A DNA stretch of 61,734 bases, taken from IMG/VR virus record IMGVR_UViG_3300022074_000037, positions 1 through 61,734 of that record. One strand, 5' to 3'. The notes under the pieces were generated by a model that was given only the letters and a program-made list of their open reading frames with translations, ran no database searches and was not told the origin of the DNA. Below, piece by piece: positions 18,785 to 27,807 of the stretch (position 1 is its first letter; every line of letters starts with the position of its first letter). The position numbers were made by a program, and so were the translations under genes. The DNA is from a virus. Lineage: Duplodnaviria > Caudoviricetes.

Positions 18785-19449
18785 TGAAAAATGTGATTAT
18801 GATTGGTGCGGTTGCATCTTTACTTGCGGCGTGTTCTAGTACAAAGAATGTCGCAGTGATGGACTCACCACCACCACACTCTGGTGTTGATAAGGAAGTT
18901 TATGAGTACAAGGCCAAACTTGCAAATCAACAGGTGAAGGCGATGCCTGAATGGTATACGAAAATTCCAGAAGATGAAGAGGCGATTTTTGCAGTTGGTA
19001 CGGCAGTATCACCAGACCTACAGTTGTCTAATGATATTGCAATTCTACTTGCAAAGAGAACACTTGCTGACCGTATCAATGGTGAGTTGCGTTCTCAAAC
19101 AAAGTCGTTTGTATCGAAGATTGGTACTGATGCGAATGCCTCAGTCTTGAATGAGATTGAGACAGTGACTAAAAATCTGATTGCAGATGTTGATGTTGCT
19201 GGTTACAGGGTCAAGGAATCTGATGTTGTAGTAAACGGTACACAGTATCGTGTTTACGTTCTGTTGGAATATTCCAGTGCAGAGGCAACCAAGATTCTTA
19301 TGAATAGACTAAAACGAGAGAAACAATTGTTGTCTAAGATTTCTGCACTGAACGCTTTCAAGGAACTTGATGCACAGGTGACTGAGAAGAAAAATAGTGA
19401 TGCAGAGAAACTTGACAAGATTGTGGAAACAATAACCACAGAGGGATAA
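18781..19449 (+). CDS. lipoprotein (LPP20-like)
   Basis: Lipobox LAAC; PEWY...FAVGTA. Confidence 0.75.
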   Translation: MMKNVIMIGAVASLLAACSSTKNVAVMDSPPPHSGVDKEVYEYKAKLANQQVKAMPEWYTKIPEDEEAIFAVGTAVSPDLQLSNDIAILLAKRTLADRINGELRSQTKSFVSKIGTDANASVLNEIETVTKNLIADVDVAGYRVKESDVVVNGTQYRVYVLLEYSSAEATKILMNRLKREKQLLSKISALNAFKELDAQVTEKKNSDAEKLDKIVETITTEG

Positions 19450-19668
19450 ATGGAAGTAAGGGTCAGAAAGGGTAGAGATGGTAAACCAGATGTTAATGGT
19501 GCCATTCGTGTACTAAAGAAGAAACTTATGAAGGAAGGGTTCTTTCAAGAACTAAGAGCCCGTGAATCTTTTATGAGTAGGGGTGAAAAGAAACGCAAAC
19601 AAAAGGCCGCAGGCCGAAGACGTTGGTTGCGTAATCAGGCAAAACTGAAGGATGAGAGAGGTTACTAA
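19450..19668 (+). CDS. rpsU: 30S ribosomal protein bS21
   Basis: V.VR..DVNGAIRVLKKKLMKEG.FQELRARESF..RGEKKRK; very basic, 72 aa. Confidence 0.85.
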   Translation: MEVRVRKGRDGKPDVNGAIRVLKKKLMKEGFFQELRARESFMSRGEKKRKQKAAGRRRWLRNQAKLKDERGY

Positions 19669-19669
19669 A

Positions 19670-20065
19670 ATGCCAAGACGTAAAATGACACCAGAACAGA
19701 GAGAGGCTGCCGCAGAACGGTTGCGTCTTGCAAGGGAAAAAAGGTTGCGTGAGAACCCACCTAAGTATTCTAATATACACCCATCTGTTTTGACGTTACC
19801 AGATGAACATCCATTCTCAAGAGTGAATGTTACAAAGTATATCAAAACCCAGAAGGAACAGCTTTCTTCATATCGGGCGGCGGTACGTCAAAAGGTAAAG
19901 GGTGCGATTGCAAACGAAGCATCATGTAAGGCGTATATTCGACACTGTGAAACGTACTTACGAAATGGTGATTGGTGTGATGACTTCTATGGTGAATACC
20001 AAGAGAAGCGAGTTAAGTGGGTGACTGTTGTGCCTGCTGGTCGGAAGGTGGATGATGACGGATGA
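19670..20065 (+). CDS. hypothetical protein
   Basis: GAGG RBS before ATG 19670. Confidence 0.7.
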   Translation: MPRRKMTPEQREAAAERLRLAREKRLRENPPKYSNIHPSVLTLPDEHPFSRVNVTKYIKTQKEQLSSYRAAVRQKVKGAIANEASCKAYIRHCETYLRNGDWCDDFYGEYQEKRVKWVTVVPAGRKVDDDG

Positions 20066-20462
20066 TGGACAGACTAGTAACATTGTGCAGTTCCCAAAGA
20101 AGTATGTGGGTATTGCACCAAAAGTGACAAACTTTGATGCGATGAAACTCAATAAAGAGTTACAGTTCGCAGACGAGTTAACGGATGGAATTATGGTTTC
20201 AATGATACATAATATGGATGAGAATGACGTAGAGATTTCCGAAAGTAAGTTTATACAGGATATTGCATTTTTGTCTGAGGCTATCAAAGCGACCATATAC
20301 AGAGATAGAGGGTTTACTCATCCTTTTCAAAACTTGATTGAATTGATTTCAAATGTGAGTTATGATGAGAAGGAAAAGAAGCACGATGTCCATATGGACA
20401 TGGAATTGATAAGAGAATTGTCAGAAGACTTCACTGAGGATGATGACCCAGACAAGGCATAA
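20052..20462 (+). CDS. hypothetical protein
   Basis: NIVQFPK motif; in operon. Confidence 0.7.
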   Translation: MMTDDGQTSNIVQFPKKYVGIAPKVTNFDAMKLNKELQFADELTDGIMVSMIHNMDENDVEISESKFIQDIAFLSEAIKATIYRDRGFTHPFQNLIELISNVSYDEKEKKHDVHMDMELIRELSEDFTEDDDPDKA

Positions 20463-20471
20463 GGTGATAAT

Positions 20472-21326
20472 ATGATTTTAGTTGATATGAACCAAGTGAC
20501 GCTTTCTAATCTGATGATTCAGATTGGCCGCAACACTGAAGTTGACCCAGACATGGTTCGACATATGGTTCTCAATTCATTAAGGGGTTATCGTAGTAGA
20601 TTCAATGAAGAGTTCGGAGAACTGGTACTATGTTATGATAACAAAAGTAATTGGAGAAGAGAATACTTTCCAAATTACAAACACGGTAGACGTAAAGACC
20701 GTAAGGCATCCAAGTTAGATTGGGGTTCGATATTCGATACCTTGCATCTAATCAAAAAAGAATTAGAAGAGAATCTGCCCTACAAGGTTTTAGAAGTAGA
20801 GAACGCAGAGGCCGATGACATTATCGCATCTGTTGTATCCTACGTTGCAGAAACACCTTCACACTATGAGAAGGTATTGATTGTATCTGGTGACAAAGAT
20901 TTCATTCAATTGCAGAAACACAGTTTCGTTACACAATACAGTCCGACACTGAAAAAGTTCGTGAACGGTATTGACCCAGACGTATACATCAAAGAACACA
21001 TCCTAAAGGGTGACCGTAGTGATGGAGTACCAAACTTCTTATCACCAGATAATTGTTTTGTAGATGAATTACGTCAACGTCCTATCTCAAAGAAGAAACT
21101 GGCGACATGGGTTGACCTTGTCCCAGAGGATTTTTGTAACGAAGAGATGTTGCGAAATTATCAACGCAACAGAAAACTGATAGACTTAGAGTATGCACCA
21201 GATGAGATTAACAAGGCCTGTGTGGATACCTATCTAAATAGTTCGGTAAATGATAGAAGTGGTCTATTAAACTACTTCATTAAACATCGACTAAAAAACC
21301 ATATGGAAAATATTGGAGACTTTTAA
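20472..21326 (+). CDS. rnh: T4-type RNase H / 5'-3' exonuclease
   Basis: ILVD, WR..FP.YK..R, EADDII, SGDKDFIQL, GDRSDGVPN. Confidence 0.95.
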   Translation: MILVDMNQVTLSNLMIQIGRNTEVDPDMVRHMVLNSLRGYRSRFNEEFGELVLCYDNKSNWRREYFPNYKHGRRKDRKASKLDWGSIFDTLHLIKKELEENLPYKVLEVENAEADDIIASVVSYVAETPSHYEKVLIVSGDKDFIQLQKHSFVTQYSPTLKKFVNGIDPDVYIKEHILKGDRSDGVPNFLSPDNCFVDELRQRPISKKKLATWVDLVPEDFCNEEMLRNYQRNRKLIDLEYAPDEINKACVDTYLNSSVNDRSGLLNYFIKHRLKNHMENIGDF

Positions 21327-21327
21327 A

Positions 21328-21786
21328 ATGGCAGTGAATACATATACACCTTTACTACATGAGGTGCTGAAGAAAGTTCATAATGCAAAGACTAAAGAGA
21401 AGAAGATTGAAATTCTTAGAGAGAATAATAGTGATGCATTGCGAATGATTATTAAGGGTTCATTTGACCCTAAAATCGAATGGATTTTACCACCTGGCGA
21501 AGTTCCTTTCAACAGAAACGAAGCCCCAGATGGAACTGAACACACTTTACTCTTCCAAGAGTCAAAGAAGTTATACAGGTTCATCAAAGGTGGTGACAAC
21601 CAAACACCGCAATGGAAGAAGGAACAGATGTTCGTTCAGATGTTGGAAGGTCTGTCTCAAGGCGAGGCAGAGGTGGTAGTGGCCGCAAAGGATAAAAAAT
21701 TACATCAAGTCTATAAAGGACTTTCGGCGGTTGTTGTCAAAGAAGCGTTTGGGTGGAATGACGAATTTGTTGACCCAAATAAGTAA
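21328..21786 (+). CDS. conserved T4-like hypothetical protein
   Basis: FDPKIEW.LP.G.VP...EQMFVQMLEGL; follows rnh. Confidence 0.75.
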   Translation: MAVNTYTPLLHEVLKKVHNAKTKEKKIEILRENNSDALRMIIKGSFDPKIEWILPPGEVPFNRNEAPDGTEHTLLFQESKKLYRFIKGGDNQTPQWKKEQMFVQMLEGLSQGEAEVVVAAKDKKLHQVYKGLSAVVVKEAFGWNDEFVDPNK

Positions 21787-21792
21787 AACTTC

Positions 21793-21821
21793 TTGACATT
21801 TTGGTACTGATGAGGTACTAT
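21793..21821 (+). promoter_or_regulatory. sigma70-type promoter of the candidate sRNA
   Basis: TTGACA-17-TACTAT. Confidence 0.75.
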
Positions 21822-21826
21822 GATTA

Positions 21827-21949
21827 AAGACTTGGTAATGAGGTTGTTATGAAACGGAACACGACTCCTCTCTCTCTCACTTTCAGTGTTCCAGTGATTC
21901 GGCGTGATTTGCTAAAGTCTTGGGGGGAAACGAACTTTCCCCCCTTTTT
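21827..21949 (+). ncRNA. candidate small RNA with CU-rich anti-Shine-Dalgarno loop
   Basis: Own promoter and terminator; AAGACTT/AAGTCTT and GGAACAC/GTGTTCC stems close loop GACTCCTCTCTCTCTCACTTTCA. Confidence 0.7.
21923..21949 (+). terminator. intrinsic terminator
   Basis: GGGGGAAA/TTTCCCCC stem plus U-run. Confidence 0.85.
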
Positions 21950-21955
21950 CTTTTC

Positions 21956-22026
21956 TAAACCCTTGATTTTCAAGGATTATTTAGTTCGTTTTTTCCCTTG
22001 ACATTGTTATCAAAACATAGTAGCAT
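21956..22026 (+). promoter_or_regulatory. modular early promoter 3
   Basis: TAAACCCTTGATT (IHF consensus); TTGACA(21998)-17-TAGCAT with TGTTATCAAAACA; TGATTCG at 21895. Confidence 0.85.
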
Positions 22027-22056
22027 ATACTTGTAATGATGAGAAAGAGAGTAAAT

Positions 22057-22485
22057 ATGAATTACGTTGTTGTAGAGGGTGGGAACAAAGTCCAGAGAGA
22101 CATTGCCGAGAAGGTAGTGAATTTCATGATTGGTCAGTTGTTACCACGACATCGTACACTGGATATTACAGTTCAGTTAAACAAGATGAATGATGACGCA
22201 ATCGGTTACTGTCAGATGGAAGATACCAATCGTGAGTTCATCATCGAAGTTGACAAGACCATTGGTATCAAAGAGTTGGTGACCACAATTTGTCATGAGA
22301 TGATTCATGTCAAACAGTATGTCCGAAATGAAATGAACGATGATTTGGTCGAGAATGGCCAGGCCGTTTGGAGAGGTCGTAAGGTCAACCCAAACACAAA
22401 GTATTACGACTTACCTTGGGAGAAGGAAGCGTATCGTCTACAAGACAAATTTGCAAACCTAGTATGGAAAGAGGAGATTATATAA
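22057..22485 (+). CDS. zincin-like metallopeptidase
   Basis: HEMIHVKQ (HExxH) and PWEKEA. Confidence 0.75.
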   Translation: MNYVVVEGGNKVQRDIAEKVVNFMIGQLLPRHRTLDITVQLNKMNDDAIGYCQMEDTNREFIIEVDKTIGIKELVTTICHEMIHVKQYVRNEMNDDLVENGQAVWRGRKVNPNTKYYDLPWEKEAYRLQDKFANLVWKEEII

Positions 22486-22793
22486 TGACACAGGTAGCAG
22501 TTATTCACACGGCGTTTGAGGACACACCATCCACAGTCGCTTTCGTAGATGTACCAGAGTTTCCAACATTGATTGAGACTCTTGAGTACGCACATCGGTG
22601 GACACAGAACATCATGGACAGTTGGTCACTGAAGATGCCAGAGGATGGTAACGATGCAGTAACCGTTGTTGGTGATATCTCTAGTGGTATGGGATTGCGG
22701 TCTACTTCAGTTGGTGACCAAGTTCTGGTCGGTACTGAAAAGTATGTGGTCGCACCTATGGGATTTACAACACTTGATGGAGAACCAGTATGA
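22485..22793 (+). CDS. early hypothetical protein
   Basis: GAGGAG RBS; RSTSVGD motif. Confidence 0.7.
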   Translation: MTQVAVIHTAFEDTPSTVAFVDVPEFPTLIETLEYAHRWTQNIMDSWSLKMPEDGNDAVTVVGDISSGMGLRSTSVGDQVLVGTEKYVVAPMGFTTLDGEPV

Positions 22794-23035
22794 TGAAATT
22801 CAAAAACACTTCTGCGCCGTTGACGATTAATCTTGACGGCCCAGATGGAAATGCATTTGTACTCTTGGGTACTGCACGAAGTCTTGCTCGACAACTCGAC
22901 ATGGATGAAGACGCAATCACCAAGGAAATGCAATCTGGTGACTATATGAATCTGGTCAAGACAATGGACAAGTATTTCCCCTTTGTTGTTTTTGAAACAA
23001 ACAATGATGAATATATGGAGGCGTTTCATGCTTAA
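22790..23035 (+). CDS. early hypothetical protein
   Basis: LDGPDGNAF..SGDY motif. Confidence 0.7.
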   Translation: MMKFKNTSAPLTINLDGPDGNAFVLLGTARSLARQLDMDEDAITKEMQSGDYMNLVKTMDKYFPFVVFETNNDEYMEAFHA

Positions 23036-23561
23036 AGAATTAATTCTAAGTTCAATGTTGTCATTGACACCAACTGCAAATGCAGATACGGTGCCGACAA
23101 AACAACAATTTATCACAGACGAGGCGTTCTGTCTTGCACAGAATGTTTACTTTGAGGCTCGTAATCAACCACTCGCTGGTCAGATGGCGGTTATATCTGT
23201 TACAGTAAATCGTGTTAATGATAGTCGTTATCCAAATACTATTTGTCAAGTGGTTTACCAAGGCCCACATCGTCCAAGTTGGAAAGACAACACAGTTATG
23301 ATTCCTGTAAGGAATCGTTGTCAGTTCAGTTGGTATTGTGATGGTAAGTCAGACCGTGTTCATGACATGGAAACTTTTGAACAGATTTTTACCTTGACAA
23401 TTGGTGTTGTAGATGGTAGCTATAAGATTGCAGATATTACAGAAGGTGCAACCCACTACCATGCAGATTACGTTGAACCAGCATGGGCGAAGACAAAGAC
23501 AAAGACGATAGAGATTGAAGACCATATCTTTTATCGTTGGGAGATGGAAGAAACAGAATGA
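23028..23561 (+). CDS. cell-wall hydrolase (SleB/Hydrolase_2)
   Basis: CLAQNVYFEARNQ, NRV..RYPNTICQVV, CQFSW, GATHYHA..V.P.W. Confidence 0.92.
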   Translation: MLKELILSSMLSLTPTANADTVPTKQQFITDEAFCLAQNVYFEARNQPLAGQMAVISVTVNRVNDSRYPNTICQVVYQGPHRPSWKDNTVMIPVRNRCQFSWYCDGKSDRVHDMETFEQIFTLTIGVVDGSYKIADITEGATHYHADYVEPAWAKTKTKTIEIEDHIFYRWEMEETE

Positions 23562-24112
23562 ACATTTTTTACTTGAATCATGACCCAAAGATTTGTGCCC
23601 AGATGCACAATGACAGTCATTGCAGTAAGATGATTATTGAGTACGCTCAGTTGATGTCTACTGCACACCGTTATCTTGACGGTGAACAATATTATGGCAA
23701 GACTGCGAATGGTCGCAAGATTGCACGATGGAAACTGAACAGTGACCTTGAACACGTTCTGTACAAAGCGTCACACATCAAACACCCCAGTGGTATTTGG
23801 GTTCGTAAGTCAGTTTCAAATTACAAGTGGTTGTATGAGATGTGGACTGAACTAAACAATGAGTTCATGTATCGTTACAATCATGACAAACCCCATGAGA
23901 GTTATCGTAAACTACATGAGGCATTGGAAAGACCACCAACCAATATGTACGAGGTTGGTTTCTGTGAACCGTATCAGGCGATGTTTGATGATGTTAAGAA
24001 CCCAGACAGTTCAATTCGTGCATATCATGACTACTATATAAAGTATAAACAACATTTGGCGAAATGGACAAAAAGAGGAGCTCCGTATTGGTATGAACAA
24101 ACAGCAGCATGA
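23558..24112 (+). CDS. pyrimidine-dimer DNA glycosylase family protein (DenV-like)
   Basis: MNIFYL...KMIIEYAQLMSTAH...HP..IW. Confidence 0.75.
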   Translation: MNIFYLNHDPKICAQMHNDSHCSKMIIEYAQLMSTAHRYLDGEQYYGKTANGRKIARWKLNSDLEHVLYKASHIKHPSGIWVRKSVSNYKWLYEMWTELNNEFMYRYNHDKPHESYRKLHEALERPPTNMYEVGFCEPYQAMFDDVKNPDSSIRAYHDYYIKYKQHLAKWTKRGAPYWYEQTAA

Positions 24113-24311
24113 CCCAGAACCAGAACGCTATTATGATTGGATGTTATGGAAAATGAGACAGGAAAGAAAAGAAGAACCTGTTGTTATGACAACAGAAAAT
24201 ATGTATAAACGAGAGATTGCAGATATGCAAGCACAAGTTCATGCATTACAAATGAAAGTGAAAGAACTAACAGATGCCCTATTACAACTTCAAGAACAAC
24301 GAGACAGGTGA
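24093..24311 (+). CDS. hypothetical coiled-coil protein
   Basis: GAGGAG RBS. Confidence 0.6.
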   Translation: MNKQQHDPEPERYYDWMLWKMRQERKEEPVVMTTENMYKREIADMQAQVHALQMKVKELTDALLQLQEQRDR

Positions 24312-24567
24312 AGAGTGGGAAGAATTCTTTACCATTTCTGGTAGGGAAGACTTTCTGAAAGAGAACCCACACATCACACAGACACCATCAATGTTTGGTA
24401 TTGCTGGCGGTACAGGTGACAGAATTAAAAATGACGCTGGATGGAAAGAGAATCTATCACGGATTGCAGAGGCCCATCCATCATCTGAACTTGCAGACAG
24501 ATACGGTAAAAAGACAACAAAGGAAATTAAGACTAGACAAGTTTTAAAGAAACACAAAGTGATATAA
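24274..24567 (+). CDS. FmdB-like small protein (no Cys)
   Basis: MPYYNF....TGE..E...FLKENP. Confidence 0.6.
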   Translation: MPYYNFKNNETGEEWEEFFTISGREDFLKENPHITQTPSMFGIAGGTGDRIKNDAGWKENLSRIAEAHPSSELADRYGKKTTKEIKTRQVLKKHKVI

Positions 24568-24573
24568 ATAAAA

Positions 24574-24670
24574 CTGTACTGGTGAGAAAACTACAGTACC
24601 CTCGCAAAGAGACTGTAAACTGTGTAGTCAATCCACCAATGTACAGGGGCGATAGTAAACCTATCGCTCC
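24574..24670 (+). ncRNA. candidate structured RNA in the phoH leader
   Basis: TATAAATA at 24563; nested stems CTGTAC/GTACAG, TGGTG/CACCA, ACTACA/TGTAGT; second hairpin GGCGATAG/CTATCGCT. Confidence 0.45.
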
Positions 24671-24695
24671 ACCTTTAATTATAGTGAGTAAAAAT

Positions 24696-25397
24696 ATGGC
24701 GAAGAAAAAAGATGTGACAGGTGATAGTCTGGTAAAGGTAAAACCGATTACCGACAATCAAAAACTTGTATTTGAAGAATACGCAAAAGGACAGAATTTA
24801 TTCTTACATGGTGCGGCCGGTACAGGTAAAACATTTGTATCACTTTACCTTGCACTAGAACAGGTTCTTAACCCATCAACCCCATACGAATGTGTATATC
24901 TTGTAAGGAGTGCAGTTCCAACTAGAGAAATTGGATTCCTGCCAGGCGATGAAGAAGATAAGACTGCACTGTTCCAAGTACCGTACCAGAACATGGTACA
25001 GTTTATGTTTGAACAGGCATCCGATAGTGCGTTCAGTATGTTATATGACAGACTGAAAGTGCAGGGCAGTGTTATGTTCCTCACCACTTCTTTCCTAAGA
25101 GGTATCACGTTAGATAATGCAATCATCATAGTTGATGAATGTCAGAATCTAAACTTCCATGAATTGGATACTATCATGACTCGTGTAGGACAGGACAGTA
25201 AAATCATCTTCTCTGGTGATTACTTCCAGACTGACTTGCAGAAGAATGGTGAGAAAGAAGGGTTGGGTGCATTTATGGGCATCATCGAAGCGATGGAAGA
25301 ATTCTCCACGGTTGAATTTACAATCGGTGACATCGTGCGTTCTGGATTAGTTCGCAGTTACCTCATTAATAAAATCAAACAAGGAGTTGAAATCTAG
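24696..25397 (+). CDS. phoH: PhoH family ATPase
   Basis: GAAGTGKT, IGFLPG, RG.TLD, DECQN, GD..QTDL, DIVRSGLV. Confidence 0.95.
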   Translation: MAKKKDVTGDSLVKVKPITDNQKLVFEEYAKGQNLFLHGAAGTGKTFVSLYLALEQVLNPSTPYECVYLVRSAVPTREIGFLPGDEEDKTALFQVPYQNMVQFMFEQASDSAFSMLYDRLKVQGSVMFLTTSFLRGITLDNAIIIVDECQNLNFHELDTIMTRVGQDSKIIFSGDYFQTDLQKNGEKEGLGAFMGIIEAMEEFSTVEFTIGDIVRSGLVRSYLINKIKQGVEI

Positions 25398-25531
25398 TGG
25401 CAAAGATGTTTAGTAGTGCAGTCCATGAACCAACCCAAAAGGGAACTTCAATGGGCAAGAAACCAATTACGTCTACGATGAACAAGAACAAACGTAGGTC
25501 GTTTAAAAAATATAGAGGACAAGGTAAATGA
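25397..25531 (+). CDS. small basic protein (44 aa, not in ORF track)
   Basis: AAGGAG RBS, GTG start, ends KRRSFKKYRGQGK. Confidence 0.65.
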   Translation: MAKMFSSAVHEPTQKGTSMGKKPITSTMNKNKRRSFKKYRGQGK

Positions 25532-26067
25532 GTAACTTTGATGAATGTTTGAAACTCATACTCCACCACGAAGGCGGATATGTGAATCATCCTAAAGACC
25601 CTGGCGGCGAAACCAACATGGGTGTAACCAAAAGAGTCTACGAAAAGTGGTGTATGGAAAATGACCTTCAACAGAAGGACATGAGAGATTTAGAATTTGA
25701 TGACGTTGCACCTATCTACAAAAAGAACTATTGGGATAGAGTAAAGGCAGACCAACTTCCAGAGGGGCTTGACCTTTGCGTTTTCGACTGGGCCGTTAAT
25801 TCTGGTACAGGTAGAGCGGCGAAGAAACTTCAGTCCATGATTGGAACAGTTGCAGATGGTGGCATCGGCCCGAACACTTTGCGTTGTCTTGACGAATATA
25901 TCGAAGAACACAGTGTTGAAGGTACGATTGCCAACTACACAGAAATCAGACAGGAGTTTTACGAAAGTCTGAGTACATTCGATACGTTTGGTAATGGATG
26001 GTCACGAAGAAATAAAGAAACAGAAACAGAGGCATTTAAGATGGCAGGGGTATACCTTCCTTCTTGA
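25528..26067 (+). CDS. endolysin, glycoside hydrolase family 108 with peptidoglycan-binding domain
   Basis: HEGGYVNHPKDPGGETNMGVT, DWAVNSG, DGGIGPNT, GW.RR. Confidence 0.93.
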   Translation: MSNFDECLKLILHHEGGYVNHPKDPGGETNMGVTKRVYEKWCMENDLQQKDMRDLEFDDVAPIYKKNYWDRVKADQLPEGLDLCVFDWAVNSGTGRAAKKLQSMIGTVADGGIGPNTLRCLDEYIEEHSVEGTIANYTEIRQEFYESLSTFDTFGNGWSRRNKETETEAFKMAGVYLPS

Positions 26068-26118
26068 CAAACCCATTCTGTTATGATATGATTATGTAAA
26101 TTAACTTGAGGATATATT

Positions 26119-26823
26119 ATGTTTACACACAAACCTGTAGAGATTACAGAACTAGAGACTAAAACAGTAAACCGTAAAAGGTTTTATTTGACACCAGATG
26201 GTAAGATGTATCCATCTATCACCACTGTATTGAGTAACCGCAAGGCAGAGGGTCTTCACGCATGGCGTAAGAAAGTTGGTGATGATGTTGCAAATTATAT
26301 CGCACGAACCGCCGCCGCAAGGGGTACAAAAGTACACCATATGTGCGAGGACTTCTTAAATAACAAAGAAGTAAATCGTGAACCATTTCTGGCCGCCGCA
26401 CTATTTGGTCAACTAGAAAAAGTTATCAAAGAAAAAGTAGATAACATCTATTCACAAGAATGTGGTTTATATTCTGACAGGTATATGGTTGCTGGTCGTG
26501 TAGACTGTATTGCAGAATACAATGGTGAATTATCTATCATTGATTTTAAGACATCTCGTTCAGAACGTAATGATGATTGGAACGAGAATTACTATATTCA
26601 GGCATCTGCATATGCACAGATGTTTGAAGAACGCACTGGTCATGCAATTAATCAGATTGTAATTCTGGTGGTAACAGAGGATGGAGTTGTTCAAGAGTTC
26701 ATCAAAGATAAAAAAGATTATCTAGGGATGTTAGTAGATGCGGTTGACGATTTCACCCAAGCATGGGAAAAAGAAAATGAAAAACTGGATGAAGGCCCTG
26801 ATGTTATCGGCGCTCCTGTTTAG
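26119..26823 (+). CDS. PD-(D/E)XK exonuclease
   Basis: YPSITTVL, RGT.VH, AGRVD..IIDFKT, YYIQ..AY; promoter at 26064. Confidence 0.85.
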   Translation: MFTHKPVEITELETKTVNRKRFYLTPDGKMYPSITTVLSNRKAEGLHAWRKKVGDDVANYIARTAAARGTKVHHMCEDFLNNKEVNREPFLAAALFGQLEKVIKEKVDNIYSQECGLYSDRYMVAGRVDCIAEYNGELSIIDFKTSRSERNDDWNENYYIQASAYAQMFEERTGHAINQIVILVVTEDGVVQEFIKDKKDYLGMLVDAVDDFTQAWEKENEKLDEGPDVIGAPV

Positions 26824-27172
26824 TGGGAGTGCAATCGCACAAGAAAGTGATTTACAACAGGAATTAGAAGACAAAAACTTATTTTACTGGGCACAGAAAC
26901 CTGCCCAGTGTTCAAGCGCTGATGCAGTGGTTGACCTAATGAAGAGACATGGTGAGAACCCTACTGTGTGGATGGAAGGTATCACTGGATTTCCGAATGG
27001 TGCTTTTAACAAATCAAAATTTGTTATTGCAATTAACCATGAGGCGAATCCTATTACATGGTCATTGATTGAATTTGTTGATGACGGTAGACAGGCTTGC
27101 ATTCTTGGATTTGGTCAAGGTGCAATCAACCTTGGTAACATCCCCCTCAAAGAAAAGGGGATTGACCTATGA
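26777..27172 (+). CDS. exported hypothetical protein
   Basis: Signal peptide; Cys pair. Confidence 0.7.
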   Translation: MKNWMKALMLSALLFSGSAIAQESDLQQELEDKNLFYWAQKPAQCSSADAVVDLMKRHGENPTVWMEGITGFPNGAFNKSKFVIAINHEANPITWSLIEFVDDGRQACILGFGQGAINLGNIPLKEKGIDL

Positions 27173-27357
27173 ATATTATCTGGCACATATTACTAACAGT
27201 GTGTTCTGGTAGTACTTGTTTGGAACAGGATGTACAGTGGTTTGAAAGTCGTGCAAATTGTGAAACCATGTTAGTAGAATATACAGAAATACCTGTTGAT
27301 GGTAGTTGGGATACAGTCGAATATATCTGTAAACCAGTAGGAAGTAGAGGAACATAA
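27169..27357 (+). CDS. small Cys-containing protein
   Basis: Coupled ORF. Confidence 0.65.
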   Translation: MNIIWHILLTVCSGSTCLEQDVQWFESRANCETMLVEYTEIPVDGSWDTVEYICKPVGSRGT

Positions 27358-27782
27358 TGTATCAATACAAATGTAAATTGGTGAAAGTAGTTGATGGTGA
27401 CACAATTGATGTTGACATTGACTTGGGCTTTGGAGTGTGGTTACGCAAACAACGGATTCGTATGTATGGTATCGACACACCAGAATCTAGAACCAGAGAC
27501 TTAGAAGAAAAGAAATATGGATTGGCCGCAAAGGCGTTCCTAGAGAAATGGACAAACGCTGGTCATCTTGTTCTTAGAACATTTAAGGATGGTAAAGGTA
27601 AGTATGGTCGTATCCTTGGACAGATTTGGTACGAGGACACTCACAATATTAATCAACTTCTAATCGACAATCATCATGCGGTTGCATATCATGGTCAATC
27701 AAAACAAGAGATTGCTGAGGAGCATATCAAAAACAGAGAGTTCGTTAATCTTAACGATGCTGTAAAATCCCTTGACAATTGA
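27357..27782 (+). CDS. thermonuclease (SNase-like)
   Basis: VVDGDTID, R.YGIDTPE, GKYGRIL. Confidence 0.88.
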   Translation: MYQYKCKLVKVVDGDTIDVDIDLGFGVWLRKQRIRMYGIDTPESRTRDLEEKKYGLAAKAFLEKWTNAGHLVLRTFKDGKGKYGRILGQIWYEDTHNINQLLIDNHHAVAYHGQSKQEIAEEHIKNREFVNLNDAVKSLDN

Positions 27783-27807
27783 ATCAGTCTTTGGTATAAA
27801 TATAATA

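Noticed and set aside
21849-21914. Short ORF (ATG 21849, GAGG upstream) inside the candidate sRNA
   Set aside because: Only about 21 codons and buried in a strong hairpin; the RNA structure explains the sequence better, although a dual-function RNA is not excluded
22505-23116. 203-aa minus-strand ORF and similar antisense ORFs throughout the track
   Set aside because: They are shadows of well-supported, coupled genes on the other strand, with no RBS or motifs
24582-24695. 38-aa N-terminal extension of PhoH from GTG 24582
   Set aside because: No RBS; it overlaps a structured region; ATG 24696 gives a typical phage PhoH
26119-26823. Exonuclease as CRISPR Cas4
   Set aside because: No four-Cys Fe-S cluster motif and no array; it looks like an ordinary T4-like PD-(D/E)XK nuclease
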